64,000 nucleotides of DNA, taken from contig JANRKS010000008.1 in NCBI GenBank assembly GCA_033763315.1, positions 127,078 to 191,077 on the forward strand, written 5' to 3'. Positions within the stretch are counted from its first letter, which is position 1; every line of letters begins with the position of its first letter. Below the pieces are notes generated by a model that worked only from the letters and a program-made list of their open reading frames with translations, ran no database searches and was not told the origin of the DNA. The translations under genes were made by a program, and so were the position numbers. This DNA is from Deltaproteobacteria bacterium. GTDB taxonomy: Bacteria; Myxococcota_A; Polyangia; Fen-1088. Positions 39,845 through 49,558 of the stretch are shown here, one piece after another.

Positions 39845-40784
39845 CAGGATACCTTGCAACTTTCGTGGGCAGCGACACGGGACGAGTCAAATCAAACACG
39901 CGCGACGGCAATTCCGCAAGGCTCAGCAACAACGCGCCGCCAGCCAACCAAAGTTTGCGCGGCAACGAAATCACCACGCGCCCGGCTGTCACGTCATAAC
40001 CGCGCCGCGCAACACCGCGGCCAATGTCTCGATAAACCCACGCCGCCACACGAATGGCCAAGGCCGCGCGCCAGCTCAAGAACCGCAACCCTCGTTGACC
40101 AGACCGATAGTAGATTTCCGCCTCAGCCAACAAGCTTTGCACCGCATCGGCAAACGTTGCGCCCATCGCGGGAGGCAGCGTTTGCCCCGGCGCGGCCGGT
40201 CCCGCCTGCCCCACCATCGCAAACGGCAGATACAAACGCCCGCGGGTCCAATCTTCCGCGACGTCGCGGCAGATATTGGTGAGCTGCATGGCGATCCCCA
40301 GATGCGCGGCCTTCGGCAAAGCGCTTTCGCTGCGCACACCCAGAACGTGACACATCATCAGGCCCACCACGCCCGCCACCCGGTGGCAGTAAAGCCGCAG
40401 TTCGTCGAGCGTTTGATACTCTGTGCCTTGCGCGTCCATGGCCATGCCGTCGATCAACGCCAATGGATATTCACGCGGCAGCTTGGTTCGTTGCACAAGT
40501 TCAGCGAACGCGCTTAGCCGTGGGTCTTGTTGCGGCGTATGTGCATAGAGCTCGTCTAACAACAGCCGCAGGCGTTGCACCGCGGCCGCCGCCTGCTCGT
40601 GTGGCACTTCGTCCACGGCGTCGTCAACAAAGCGACAAAACGCGTAACACGTGGCTGCGTCTTCGCGCACGCCCTGGGGAAGCAGCTTGCCGGCCAGTGC
40701 GAAACTTTTCGACCCCACTTTCAGATCACGCGCGGCCAAAGCGCGGCCTTCGGAGAGATCAGCTGGCCCGGCCGCCGCGATCAC
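39822..40784 (-). CDS. crtB: Phytoene synthase
   Basis: GSKSFALA, YAFCRFVDDAVD, YCHRVAGVVG, QLTNICRDVAED, GRLYLP. Confidence 0.95.
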   Translation of the reverse strand: MIAAAGPADLSEGRALAARDLKVGSKSFALAGKLLPQGVREDAATCYAFCRFVDDAVDEVPHEQAAAAVQRLRLLLDELYAHTPQQDPRLSAFAELVQRTKLPREYPLALIDGMAMDAQGTEYQTLDELRLYCHRVAGVVGLMMCHVLGVRSESALPKAAHLGIAMQLTNICRDVAEDWTRGRLYLPFAMVGQAGPAAPGQTLPPAMGATFADAVQSLLAEAEIYYRSGQRGLRFLSWRAALAIRVAAWVYRDIGRGVARRGYDVTAGRVVISLPRKLWLAGGALLLSLAELPSRVFDLTRPVSLPTKVARYPDDIVCVD

Positions 40785-42277
40785 GCCAACCCCAGATCGC
40801 CCAACACCGTGCTAGCCGTGGCTTTGGCCGAATTGATCACGCCCGGCACACCCGCGCCGGGATGGGTGCCCGCGCCCACGATGTAGAGGCCTTTGATATC
40901 AGCGTCGCGGTTATGCGGCCGAAAATACGCACTTTGGGTCAACCGCGGCGCCACTGAGAACGCGCTGCCATTCCACGCATTCAACGTCCCTTGGAAATCG
41001 TTGGGCGTGAACGTTCGGCGGGTGACGACGTTGGCCCTCAGGTCGGGCAGCCACGTCTCCAAGTACGCCAAGATGCGGTCGGCGTATTTCTCTTTCTCCG
41101 TTTCCCAATCGATCTTCGCGTTGCCCAGATGTGGCACCGGCGCCAAGACATAAAACGTCTCGCAGCCGTCGGGCCCCAAGCTGGGATCGGTCACGGTAGG
41201 TGCATGCAAATATAGGCTGAAATCGTCGGGCAGCGTGGCACCGTGAAAGATGTCTTTGAGCAGCTCACGATAGCGCGGGCCAAAGATCACCGTGTGGTGC
41301 GCCGTGCCTGGGTATTTTTTCTTCGTGCCGAAATAGAGCACGAACAGCGACATCGACCAATCCATCTTCTCAAGCTTCTGCTGCTGCTTCTGGGCACCCG
41401 TGACGCCCTCGTAAAGCCGCGCATAGGTGTGGTGTAGATCAGCGTTCGAAACCACGATGTCAAACACCGAAGGCGCCTGCCCCGCCGCTTGCAAATTGTG
41501 CTGGCCGTTCGGCAAAATGCGGATCTGCTCCACCGGCGTGGCCAACTTGATGGTGCCCCCGAGGCGCTCGAACAAAGCCACCAGCGCCCGCACCAGAGCT
41601 CCTGTGCCTCCGCGCGGGAAGAACACACCCCACTTGCGCTCAAGAAACGGGATCAGCGTGTAAATGGCACTGGTCTCAAAGGGATTGCCGCCAATCAGCA
41701 GGGCGTGGAACGACAGCGCTTGGCGCAAGTATTCGTTCTTCACAAACTTCGCCACGGTGGCATACACGGTTCGATCCGCGCGCAAGCGCGCCAGTTGAGG
41801 GGCCACGCGAACCATGTCGCTGAAGCGCAGAAACGGCTTGGCGGCCAAATTCTCGTACCCCGCCTCAAACACCTTGCGGCTGTACTCGAGGAAGCGTTGG
41901 TACCCATCCATGTCGTCGGGCGCCAGGCGTTTGACCTCGGCGTCCATCAGCGATGCGTCGCCGTCGTAATCAAGGCGCGTGCCGTCCGTCCACAGCAGCC
42001 GGTAAAAAGGATGCACGGGCAACATCTCGATGTGGTCGGCCATCGTCTCACCGGCCAAGGCGAACAACTCTTCGATGCATTCGGGGGCTGTGATCACAGT
42101 GGGGCCCGCGTCGAAAGTGAAGCCCGCGTCCTCGTAGACGTAAGCGCGGCCGCCCGCTTTGTCGCGCGCCTCGAAGATGGTGGTTTGCACACCACCCGCT
42201 TGCAAACGGATCGCCGCCGCCAAACCACCAAACCCGCTGCCCACCACCGCTGCAGAATGTTTCGTTGTCTCACCCAT
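40781..42277 (-). CDS. crtI: Phytoene desaturase (CrtI)
   Basis: GSGFGG FAD motif, FDAGPTVIT, GAGTHPGAGVPG. Start re-set to ATG 42277. Confidence 0.95.
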   Translation of the reverse strand: MGETTKHSAAVVGSGFGGLAAAIRLQAGGVQTTIFEARDKAGGRAYVYEDAGFTFDAGPTVITAPECIEELFALAGETMADHIEMLPVHPFYRLLWTDGTRLDYDGDASLMDAEVKRLAPDDMDGYQRFLEYSRKVFEAGYENLAAKPFLRFSDMVRVAPQLARLRADRTVYATVAKFVKNEYLRQALSFHALLIGGNPFETSAIYTLIPFLERKWGVFFPRGGTGALVRALVALFERLGGTIKLATPVEQIRILPNGQHNLQAAGQAPSVFDIVVSNADLHHTYARLYEGVTGAQKQQQKLEKMDWSMSLFVLYFGTKKKYPGTAHHTVIFGPRYRELLKDIFHGATLPDDFSLYLHAPTVTDPSLGPDGCETFYVLAPVPHLGNAKIDWETEKEKYADRILAYLETWLPDLRANVVTRRTFTPNDFQGTLNAWNGSAFSVAPRLTQSAYFRPHNRDADIKGLYIVGAGTHPGAGVPGVINSAKATASTVLGDLGLA

Positions 42278-43295
42278 AACTTGCCTCCAAGCGCGAAACC
42301 TCATTGCGCAAAAACGCAGTCGTCGGGCTACGGCCAAACACACACTCCAAGTCACGCAAAGATGACATGACCTCGGCGGCGATCGCTGCGCGGCGCTCGG
42401 CGCCGGCCACGGCCTTTAAGCGCGCCGACAGCCATTCAATGCCAGCGGCCTGCGACTTGCGGCTGGTTTGCACATCGCGCGCGGCAGCCACCAACTTATC
42501 GTAGGCCTCGGTCTCAAGCGACTGCGCCGCCCACGCCCACGGCCACGCCAGGCGTCCGTTCTTGAGATCCTCGTGACGTTTTTCTGGATCGGCGCCGCCG
42601 CACAGATTGCCTAAATCATCCAGCTTTTGCAGCGCCACGCCCAACCGTGTCCCGAAGCGATCGAGAGCCTCCAAGGTCTTCCCACGCGCCCCCGCCGCGC
42701 CCCCACCTAACACAGCGGCAAGCCCCATCAACGCGCCCGTCTTGAGCGTGGTGGTTTCCGCAACAACATCAGCCACCAACTCTTGCTCCACGTCACCCAC
42801 ACACAAGGCCAAGTCTAAGGCTTGCCCGCGATGGCACGCGCTCAGCGTCGCCAACATCTTGTTCGTCAATAGCGCTTGCACATCCGCAGGCAGGCCCATC
42901 TGGTTCAACAGCTCGAACGGCAAAAAATACATCCAATTGCCCGCGTTCAAGGCCACAGGCATGCCGAACATTTTATGAATGGCTGGTCCACCGCGACGTG
43001 TGTCCGACCCGTCTTCAATGTCGTCCACAACCATCGAACCTGCATGCAATATTTCGACGATCGCTGCCAGCTCCTTGGGTGCGTCATCGTCGCGCCCCAA
43101 GAGGCGCCACGCTGCTTCCACCAGATGCGCACGGAAGGCCTTTCCCGGGCGCGATAAGATTTCTTCGACGGGCGCCAGCAAAACCTTGCGCCACAACTCG
43201 GGCGGCAGCGCCGAGTGCTTCGGGGCGTGGCCTTGCAGCAGCGCCAATAACGGCGAAGGCAAGGATGAAGACTTGGGCAACGCGTTGGCACTCAT
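42270..43295 (-). CDS. crtE: Geranylgeranyl diphosphate synthase (polyprenyl synthetase)
   Basis: GKAFR, first Asp-rich motif DDIED, RRG, GQALD, KTG; second motif is variant (DDLGN); lies within the crt operon. Confidence 0.82.
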   Translation of the reverse strand: MSANALPKSSSLPSPLLALLQGHAPKHSALPPELWRKVLLAPVEEILSRPGKAFRAHLVEAAWRLLGRDDDAPKELAAIVEILHAGSMVVDDIEDGSDTRRGGPAIHKMFGMPVALNAGNWMYFLPFELLNQMGLPADVQALLTNKMLATLSACHRGQALDLALCVGDVEQELVADVVAETTTLKTGALMGLAAVLGGGAAGARGKTLEALDRFGTRLGVALQKLDDLGNLCGGADPEKRHEDLKNGRLAWPWAWAAQSLETEAYDKLVAAARDVQTSRKSQAAGIEWLSARLKAVAGAERRAAIAAEVMSSLRDLECVFGRSPTTAFLRNEVSRLEASYG

Positions 43296-44473
43296 GTCGC
43301 TTCCTCCATCAGACGACCCAAACGAAATTTGTGCAGCGGCACAGGTGGCTTGCCACCCAAGATGCGAGCCTTGTCCCACCACGTGGTTTGGCCACTGTAA
43401 AAGCGCGCCACCAAACTTTCAGGCAGGCGGTAAAAACGTTCGAACACGCCTCGACGGTCTTCGTCATGCACGCCCACGAACGCAAGCCGGTTCAACAACC
43501 GATAAAACGCCGCAGGCTTGTCAAAGCGGCTGCGCAAAGACGCCAACGCCGTTTGCACATGCCGACGGCGCTCGTGGCCTGCCGGCGCCGCGAGTAAAGC
43601 CCGTGCCACCACGTTGGCGACCGCCACGGCCATTGGCACCGAGTATCCGGTCGCAGGCTGAAACCATCCGCCCTTGTAACCAACTTCAAACACGCCCTCT
43701 TCTGATGTTTCTGAAGCCCCGCTTTGCTCGGCCCATGGCATCGGCAGCACACCTTTTTCCACCCGCACCACGTTCTTCACCTGCCAACCCGCAGCCGCCA
43801 CGTATGCCCGAAGGCGCGCTTCCAGTTCGCCTTCGTTCAAGGCAGCGTCCGAAGAGAAATAGGTGTCCTCTACAAGGAGCTGTCGCGCCCCCAGAGGCAG
43901 CACGTAAACAAACCGATATCCGTCTATTTGGGCCACGCGTGCGTCCATCAGCACGGGCAACGTCAGTCCGGTCTCGGCTTGCAGCTCGATTTCCCATCCA
44001 ACGAATTTCTGATAGCCCGCGCCTTGCCGCACCGGTGCGGCTCCTCGCCCGTCGAATACCACATCGGCCTCGAACCGTTCACCTGTGTCAAGAACGATGG
44101 TTCTCCCCGAAATCGTGCATGTGTGTCGCAACCGAACGGTCGCGTTCCTCAACACGTCCGTGAGCACCTGGCCAAAGTGTTCTCCTGTGATGCAGTGATA
44201 GGCGCTCGCGAACGCCCGCTCGTAGGTTGGGAACTTCACCAAATAACCTGGCCACTGTCGTGCCACAAAGGGCCGCAGCCAATGCCACGTGTGCGTGCCC
44301 TCGCCCACGTCAGCCGCGTGAAAACACCATGTTTTCTGCGAACCAAACGTCGCGCGTTCATCCACAACCAGCACGCGCAGGTGCGGACACAAATGTGTGA
44401 TCGCCGCCGCGATGAGGCCGTTCGCCAACCCCGCACCCACCAGCGCCACATCGAACGACGGCACAGCACTCAT
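43292..44473 (-). CDS. crtY: Lycopene beta-cyclase (CrtY)
   Basis: GAGLANG, TWCFH, YQKFVG, MDA.V.Q.DGYRFVY.LP, EDTYFS, E.GVLP, P.TGYS, RFYRLP. Confidence 0.92.
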   Translation of the reverse strand: MSAVPSFDVALVGAGLANGLIAAAITHLCPHLRVLVVDERATFGSQKTWCFHAADVGEGTHTWHWLRPFVARQWPGYLVKFPTYERAFASAYHCITGEHFGQVLTDVLRNATVRLRHTCTISGRTIVLDTGERFEADVVFDGRGAAPVRQGAGYQKFVGWEIELQAETGLTLPVLMDARVAQIDGYRFVYVLPLGARQLLVEDTYFSSDAALNEGELEARLRAYVAAAGWQVKNVVRVEKGVLPMPWAEQSGASETSEEGVFEVGYKGGWFQPATGYSVPMAVAVANVVARALLAAPAGHERRRHVQTALASLRSRFDKPAAFYRLLNRLAFVGVHDEDRRGVFERFYRLPESLVARFYSGQTTWWDKARILGGKPPVPLHKFRLGRLMEEAT

Positions 44474-44475
44474 CG

Positions 44476-45111
44476 CTAATCGTCCACCACGTCTTGCGCG
44501 ATCTTCTTCCATTCGCGGGCTTCGTCGCCGTATTTGCCACCGCTGGCGGCCAAAGCCTGCAAACACGCTGCAGCCAATGTCTTGGCTCGCTGATCTTCAC
44601 CCTTCTCAAGCAGAAAATCAGCAGCGAACGCTTGGTTGCCCGGGTGCGAGGGCGCCAACTTCAGCGCGCGTTCCAGATATTTGCGAGCTTTATCCGATGA
44701 CCCGACTGAGATCACAGCGGGTGCTTGGTGGTAAAGCCGACCAAGCACACGAGACGCGCCCGCGTCTTCGTAGTTGGGGTCGATGGTGTCGAGCTTAAGC
44801 AGCAAGCGTTCCATCTGCGGAACGACCGGCAGCGCCGACATTTTCCCGCGCTCAAGCGCTTCTGCGCCCATGTTCACAGCCAACCAGAAAAGCCCCTCCG
44901 GGCTGTTGCCGTTGGTTTGAAGAATCGCACGTGCCTCGTCGATCCCCTTTTGGAAATGCTGCCGCCGCGCCCCGCCTTTGGCGAGACGGCCAGCGTGAAA
45001 GTTGTCAGCTGGCGTCGCCATCGCGCCTCCTGCAGCTAAGCAAATCCCCATCAAGAATGCGCCCTGCCACACCCGCCACTTCCACAACGATCCAACCCTG
45101 CCACTGTGCAC
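44476..45111 (-). CDS. Exported TPR-like helical protein (resembles TatT-type proteins)
   Basis: Signal-like segment ending AMA; LFWLAVNMG, DPNYE.AG..RVLGRLY..AP...S.G..DKA..YLERAL..AP pattern. Confidence 0.55.
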   Translation of the reverse strand: MHSGRVGSLWKWRVWQGAFLMGICLAAGGAMATPADNFHAGRLAKGGARRQHFQKGIDEARAILQTNGNSPEGLFWLAVNMGAEALERGKMSALPVVPQMERLLLKLDTIDPNYEDAGASRVLGRLYHQAPAVISVGSSDKARKYLERALKLAPSHPGNQAFAADFLLEKGEDQRAKTLAAACLQALAASGGKYGDEAREWKKIAQDVVDD

Positions 45112-45134
45112 ATATCCCTCCGAGCAAAACGCCT

Positions 45135-45689
45135 CTATGCCGCTACTGGCACATCGGCCACCAACAGATCCTGCAAGCGTCTTCTAGCGCGTCCAACCCG
45201 GGTCCGCACAGCGGAAGGCGTGAGGCGCAACGCCGCGGCCGCTTCTTCTGCAGATTCTTCGTCGTAAACGCAGTGCTCAATCACACTGCGGTATTCTTCG
45301 GGAAGCTTCTCGACCGCCTGACGAACCCGAACGCGGCTATCAGCGGCGGCCATTTCATTCTCCGCCGACGCAGCTTCACCGCCGACGGCCCAGGCCACAG
45401 GCAAACCCGCCACCCCTGCAGCGCCTAGCGCACCCATGTGCCGATGCGCACGCTGGCTTTTGCGCAAAGCCATCAATGAAGCGTTGACGGCGATCCGGTG
45501 CATCCAGGTCGTCACTTGGGCGTCGCTGCGAAACCGCTCCGCCGCCACCAGGGCCTGCACCACAGCGTCGTGGGCTGCGTCTTCCGAATCTTCCTCGCTG
45601 CGGAGGACCCGCCCCGCGATGCGCACAAGGCGCTTACGTAGCTCAGGGTTTCCCAACTCACTCACCACTCGATGTTTCGCCGTTCCCAT
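45135..45689 (-). CDS. ECF RNA polymerase sigma factor
   Basis: Region 2 (DSEDAAHD, TWMHRIAVN) and region 4 (LPEEYR, SAVRTRVGRARRRL). Start re-set to ATG 45689. Confidence 0.9.
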   Translation of the reverse strand: MGTAKHRVVSELGNPELRKRLVRIAGRVLRSEEDSEDAAHDAVVQALVAAERFRSDAQVTTWMHRIAVNASLMALRKSQRAHRHMGALGAAGVAGLPVAWAVGGEAASAENEMAAADSRVRVRQAVEKLPEEYRSVIEHCVYDEESAEEAAAALRLTPSAVRTRVGRARRRLQDLLVADVPVAA

Positions 45690-45729
45690 GTCTTCACCTT
45701 GCTTTCGCTTACATGGGATAGGCTGACGC

Positions 45730-45830
45730 CTTGTACAAGGTTTGTCAATGACAACCATGGACAAAGAGTGAACAGACCTGTAGTTTCAAGGCGTTATAAC
45801 CAGAACAAACCTTGAACAAAGCTGTCACAC
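45730..45830. promoter_or_regulatory. Putative CarH operator / divergent promoter region
   Basis: TnnACA-type cores at 11-bp pitch. Minus strand: TTGACA (45748-45743) and TGTACA (45737-45732). Plus strand: TGGACA/TGAACA (45758, 45769) and AGAACA/TGAACA/GTCACA (45802, 45813, 45824). Confidence 0.65.
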
Positions 45831-45849
45831 AGGGGAATCTAAGCAGTCT

Positions 45850-46791
45850 ATGTATCGTATCCGCCGTGCCGCCGAACTGGCAGGAGTTACTCCCGAACTG
45901 CTCCGTGCTTGGGAGAGGCGCTACGGCTTGGTGGCCCCCGTGCGCACGGACGCTGGCTACCGGGTGTACTCGGACGACGATGTCCGCGTGCTCAAGGGAG
46001 CCAAGCGGCTTGTTGAAGGCGGGCAGAGCATCGCGGAGGTCGCCCAGCGGCCGCGCGAAGAGATCGTGGCCGCCGCGGCAGGGCTGCCTCGATCGGAGGT
46101 CCCCTTGGCAGACATTCAACCCGCGGCCGCTACCGTCGATCCCTTCAACTTGAGCCCCGCCATCGAAGAGGCGGTGACAGCCATTTCATTGTTCGACCAA
46201 GACCGCTTGGAGGGCGCGTTGTTTCGCGTGATGGCGCTCGGGATCTTGCCCGCTGACGAGGTGTGCGAGTCGTTCTTGCTGCCACTGCTCAAATCGATTG
46301 GCGACGAATGGGAAGCCGGACGCTTGTCGATCGCGGCCGAGCATTTTGGCTCAAGCATCATTCGCACCAAAATTCTTCGTCTCATCGAGCACGAACGTGC
46401 CAAGGCGGGCGCGCCGGTTGTGGTGTGTGCATGCCCCGCCGGTGAAGAACACGAAGGTGCGCTGTTGGCGTTCGCGGTGTCTGCGAGCCGATCCGGCATG
46501 CGCGTTGTTTACCTGGGTGCAGACACACCAGCCGATGACATCGTGCGAGCCGCAGAGCGCACACGCGCCACGATGGTGGCCCTTTCAATCACGCGCGAGT
46601 TGACCGATCCAGACGTGCGCGTTCTGGTAAGCGCGCTTGAACCGTGGCGCATCGGTGCACCGGGAAGACAGGTGTTGATCGGCGGGCGGGGCGCCGAACA
46701 TTGTCGTTCAGCGCTTGAAGCGGCCGGTTTGCGCGTGGCCGATCGGCCTTCAACCGCGCTTCGAACGTTGTCGCCGGAGAACCCGCAGTGA
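45850..46791 (+). CDS. carH: MerR-type cobalamin-binding photoregulator (CarH/CarA/LitR family)
   Basis: LRAWERRYG DNA-binding motif, W-x9-EH (WEAGRLSIAAEH), EEH, SIT and GG B12-domain motifs; adjacent to crt genes. Confidence 0.85.
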   Translation: MYRIRRAAELAGVTPELLRAWERRYGLVAPVRTDAGYRVYSDDDVRVLKGAKRLVEGGQSIAEVAQRPREEIVAAAAGLPRSEVPLADIQPAAATVDPFNLSPAIEEAVTAISLFDQDRLEGALFRVMALGILPADEVCESFLLPLLKSIGDEWEAGRLSIAAEHFGSSIIRTKILRLIEHERAKAGAPVVVCACPAGEEHEGALLAFAVSASRSGMRVVYLGADTPADDIVRAAERTRATMVALSITRELTDPDVRVLVSALEPWRIGAPGRQVLIGGRGAEHCRSALEAAGLRVADRPSTALRTLSPENPQ

Positions 46792-48248
46792 ACGCAAAAC
46801 CGGTTTTGGTTTGGTTCCGGCAAGACCTAAGGCTGCAAGACAACCCAGCCCTGCTGGCAGCCTGCGCGGCTCACCCCATCGTGCCGGTCTATATCTTTAG
46901 TCCTAAGCAAGATGCAGAAGCCGCGCCCGGGGCGGCCAGCCGCTGGTGGCTGCATCAATCTTTGGTAGCCCTTGATGCCAAGCTGCAAGAGCGCGGCGGC
47001 CGCCTTGTGATTCGCACAGGCGATCCACTGACTGTGTTGCAAGAGCTGCTCACGCAGACCCAAGCGTGTGGCGTGTATTGGAACCGTCGTTATGAACCTA
47101 GCGTGGTCAAACGCGACAAGCACATCAAGGAGACGCTGCTCGCTGCGGGATTTCAAGCGCACAGCTTCAATGGGTCGTTGTTGTTCGAGCCCTGGAACGT
47201 CGCCACCTTGGCGGCAAAGCCTTACACGGTGTTCACACCGTTTTGGCGGGCATGCCTTGGTCAGGCCTCACCGCCGCCACCAGCACCGGCACCAAAATCG
47301 CTGCGTTTTACGGAAAACTGGCCACACTCCATGCAGCTTGACGAACTGGGCCTGGTTCCCAAGATCACGTGGTGGAGCGGATTTGGTGAGGTCTTTACAC
47401 CGGGTGAAGCCGGCGCACAGGCGGCCTTGCGACGCTTCATCAAGCGCCCTCTGTTGGATTACAAAGAAGGGCGTGATCGTCCCGAAGCGGATGGTGTTTC
47501 GCGCCTTTCGCCACACTTTCACTTCGGCGAATTAAGTCCGCAGGCCGCGTTCCATGGGGCTTCGCAAGCCTTGGCAAAGGGTGACGTGCCCGCCGAACAA
47601 GCGCATGCGTTCACGCGAGAGCTTGGATGGCGTGAGTTTGCGTATCATTTACTCTGGCATTTCCCCCACACGGTGCGCGAGCCGCTCAATTCATCCTTCA
47701 AGAATTTTCCGTGGGGACGTGATCCCCAAGCGCTGCGGGCATGGCAAAAAGGCGAAACGGGGTATCCCCTTGTGGACGCGGGCATGAGAGAGTTGTGGCA
47801 CACGGGGTTTATGCACAACCGGGTACGTATGGTGGTGGCGTCGTTTCTAATTAAACATTTGCTGCTGCCCTGGCAAGAGGGCGCGGCGTGGTTCTGGGAC
47901 ACATTGGTGGACGCGGATCTGGCAAGCAACACTTTGGGGTGGCAATGGACTGCGGGTTGTGGCGCTGACGCGGCACCGTTCTTTCGCATCTTCAACCCCA
48001 CATTGCAGGCGCAGAAATTCGATGCGAATGGCACCTACGTTCGAAAGTGGGTGCCTGAACTCGCCAAGCTGCCGGCCAAGTTCATCAACAACCCCAGCGC
48101 CGCGCCAAGCGCGATGCTTGCCGAAGCGAAAGTGACGCTTGGAAAAACCTACCCGCGGCCGATCGTGGAGCACGCGTTCGCACGGCAGCGCGCGCTTGAT
48201 GCTCTGGCAAGCCTAAAGCAGCGCGCGCCGCGCGTGGACGTCGCATGA
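46788..48248 (+). CDS. phrB: CPD DNA photolyase
   Basis: WFRQDLRLQDN, SRLSPH, WREF, TGYPLVDAGMR, MHNRVRM, D.DLASN..GWQW, RIFNP; 4-nt overlap with carH. Confidence 0.95.
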   Translation: MNAKPVLVWFRQDLRLQDNPALLAACAAHPIVPVYIFSPKQDAEAAPGAASRWWLHQSLVALDAKLQERGGRLVIRTGDPLTVLQELLTQTQACGVYWNRRYEPSVVKRDKHIKETLLAAGFQAHSFNGSLLFEPWNVATLAAKPYTVFTPFWRACLGQASPPPPAPAPKSLRFTENWPHSMQLDELGLVPKITWWSGFGEVFTPGEAGAQAALRRFIKRPLLDYKEGRDRPEADGVSRLSPHFHFGELSPQAAFHGASQALAKGDVPAEQAHAFTRELGWREFAYHLLWHFPHTVREPLNSSFKNFPWGRDPQALRAWQKGETGYPLVDAGMRELWHTGFMHNRVRMVVASFLIKHLLLPWQEGAAWFWDTLVDADLASNTLGWQWTAGCGADAAPFFRIFNPTLQAQKFDANGTYVRKWVPELAKLPAKFINNPSAAPSAMLAEAKVTLGKTYPRPIVEHAFARQRALDALASLKQRAPRVDVA

Positions 48249-49444
48249 GCCGCAAGCGCGTTCTGTTTGTGTCCGAGAACATCACCTTGGCACAGGTGGT
48301 GCGCCTTGTGACGTTGGCAGACGCACTGCCGAGCGATCTTTATGATGTGCACTTTGCTTGCGGCGACTTTCCCGATCTGATCTTTGGCCCACGTCCATGG
48401 AAGCGCTGGCCGCTGTGGACGGTGCCCGCGAAGAAAGTGTTTCGGTCACTGGAATCGGGGGGCAAGCTCTATAGCGGCGGCGTGCTACGCCGGTATGTGC
48501 AGGCAGATCTCGATGTCATCAAAGCGTCGCAGCCCGATCTCATCGTCGGTGACCTGCGATGGTCTTTGAACGTAAGCGCCCCCGTGGCGGGCGTCCGTTA
48601 CGCCTCCTTGATCAACGCCTACTGGAGCCGCCACGCCAAACGCGACGCGTTCCCTTTGCCCGATCACCCGATCGTCAAGTGGCTGGGCGAAGACTTGGCC
48701 GCAAAGCATTTTCCCAAAGCCCTGCCGTTCGTGTTCAAACACTTCGCGGCGCCCTTGAATAAGCTGCGCAAACAGCACAATTTGTCGCCGCTGGGCGATC
48801 TGTTGGACGTTTTGATGGCTGGCGACGATGTGCTGTTCGCCGACACGCCGCAGTTAGCACCGGTGAAAACCTTGGCGGCCAACCAACGTTATCTGGGCCC
48901 CGTATTGTGGTCGCCAGCTGGTCCTGTGTCTGACGACTGGAAGGCGAGACGCGACCACCCGAAAGTGTACGTCACGCTTGGTTCGTCGGGTCGCTTGTCG
49001 CTTGTGCCCACGGTTGTGAACGCTTTGGCGTCGATGCCTGTGACGGCGCTGTTGGCCACCGCGGGCCGGTGGTCGCGCGACGACATGCCCAGCAACGTCA
49101 CTATGCTTGATTACGTGGATGGCGCGGCGGCCAGCCAGCACGCCAACGTTGTGATCACCAACGGTGGCAGCAGCACCGGATACCAAGCCTTGGCGCAAGG
49201 TCGGCCCGTGATTGGCATCCCGAGCAACTTTGACCAATACCTCGCGAGCCAAGCCATTGAGGCGACGGGCGCTGGCCTAACCATCCCTGCGCGGCGGCTC
49301 ACGCCTTTGCGCCTGGCGGCGGCCATCGAGCAAACCATCACAACCAGCACATTCCGCAGCCACGCGGCCACACTCGCTCACGAGCTGGGCACCTACAACG
49401 CCGCCGGCGCGTTTTGCGATTACGTGCGAGAGGCCACCGCCTAA
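48245..49444 (+). CDS. GT1-family (UDP-glycosyltransferase) protein
   Basis: VYVTLGSSG, VITNGGS.T.YQAL..G.P...IP..FDQ C-terminal UGT signature; 4-nt overlap with the photolyase. Confidence 0.85.
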   Translation: MSRKRVLFVSENITLAQVVRLVTLADALPSDLYDVHFACGDFPDLIFGPRPWKRWPLWTVPAKKVFRSLESGGKLYSGGVLRRYVQADLDVIKASQPDLIVGDLRWSLNVSAPVAGVRYASLINAYWSRHAKRDAFPLPDHPIVKWLGEDLAAKHFPKALPFVFKHFAAPLNKLRKQHNLSPLGDLLDVLMAGDDVLFADTPQLAPVKTLAANQRYLGPVLWSPAGPVSDDWKARRDHPKVYVTLGSSGRLSLVPTVVNALASMPVTALLATAGRWSRDDMPSNVTMLDYVDGAAASQHANVVITNGGSSTGYQALAQGRPVIGIPSNFDQYLASQAIEATGAGLTIPARRLTPLRLAAAIEQTITTSTFRSHAATLAHELGTYNAAGAFCDYVREATA

Positions 49445-49558
49445 CCGTCTACGCGCACAAAAACGCACCTTGCTCTCCATGTGGACCGCGGCGCACCCCG
49501 CCAAAAGGCTGCGTTCGTGCTGCAGTATGGCTTAACAGCTGCCGATACCTACAGTTCG

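Noticed and set aside
42604-42625. crtE as a pseudogene because the second Asp-rich motif reads DDLGN
   Set aside because: ORF is full length and coupled to its neighbours, with other motifs intact; a variant motif alone is insufficient.
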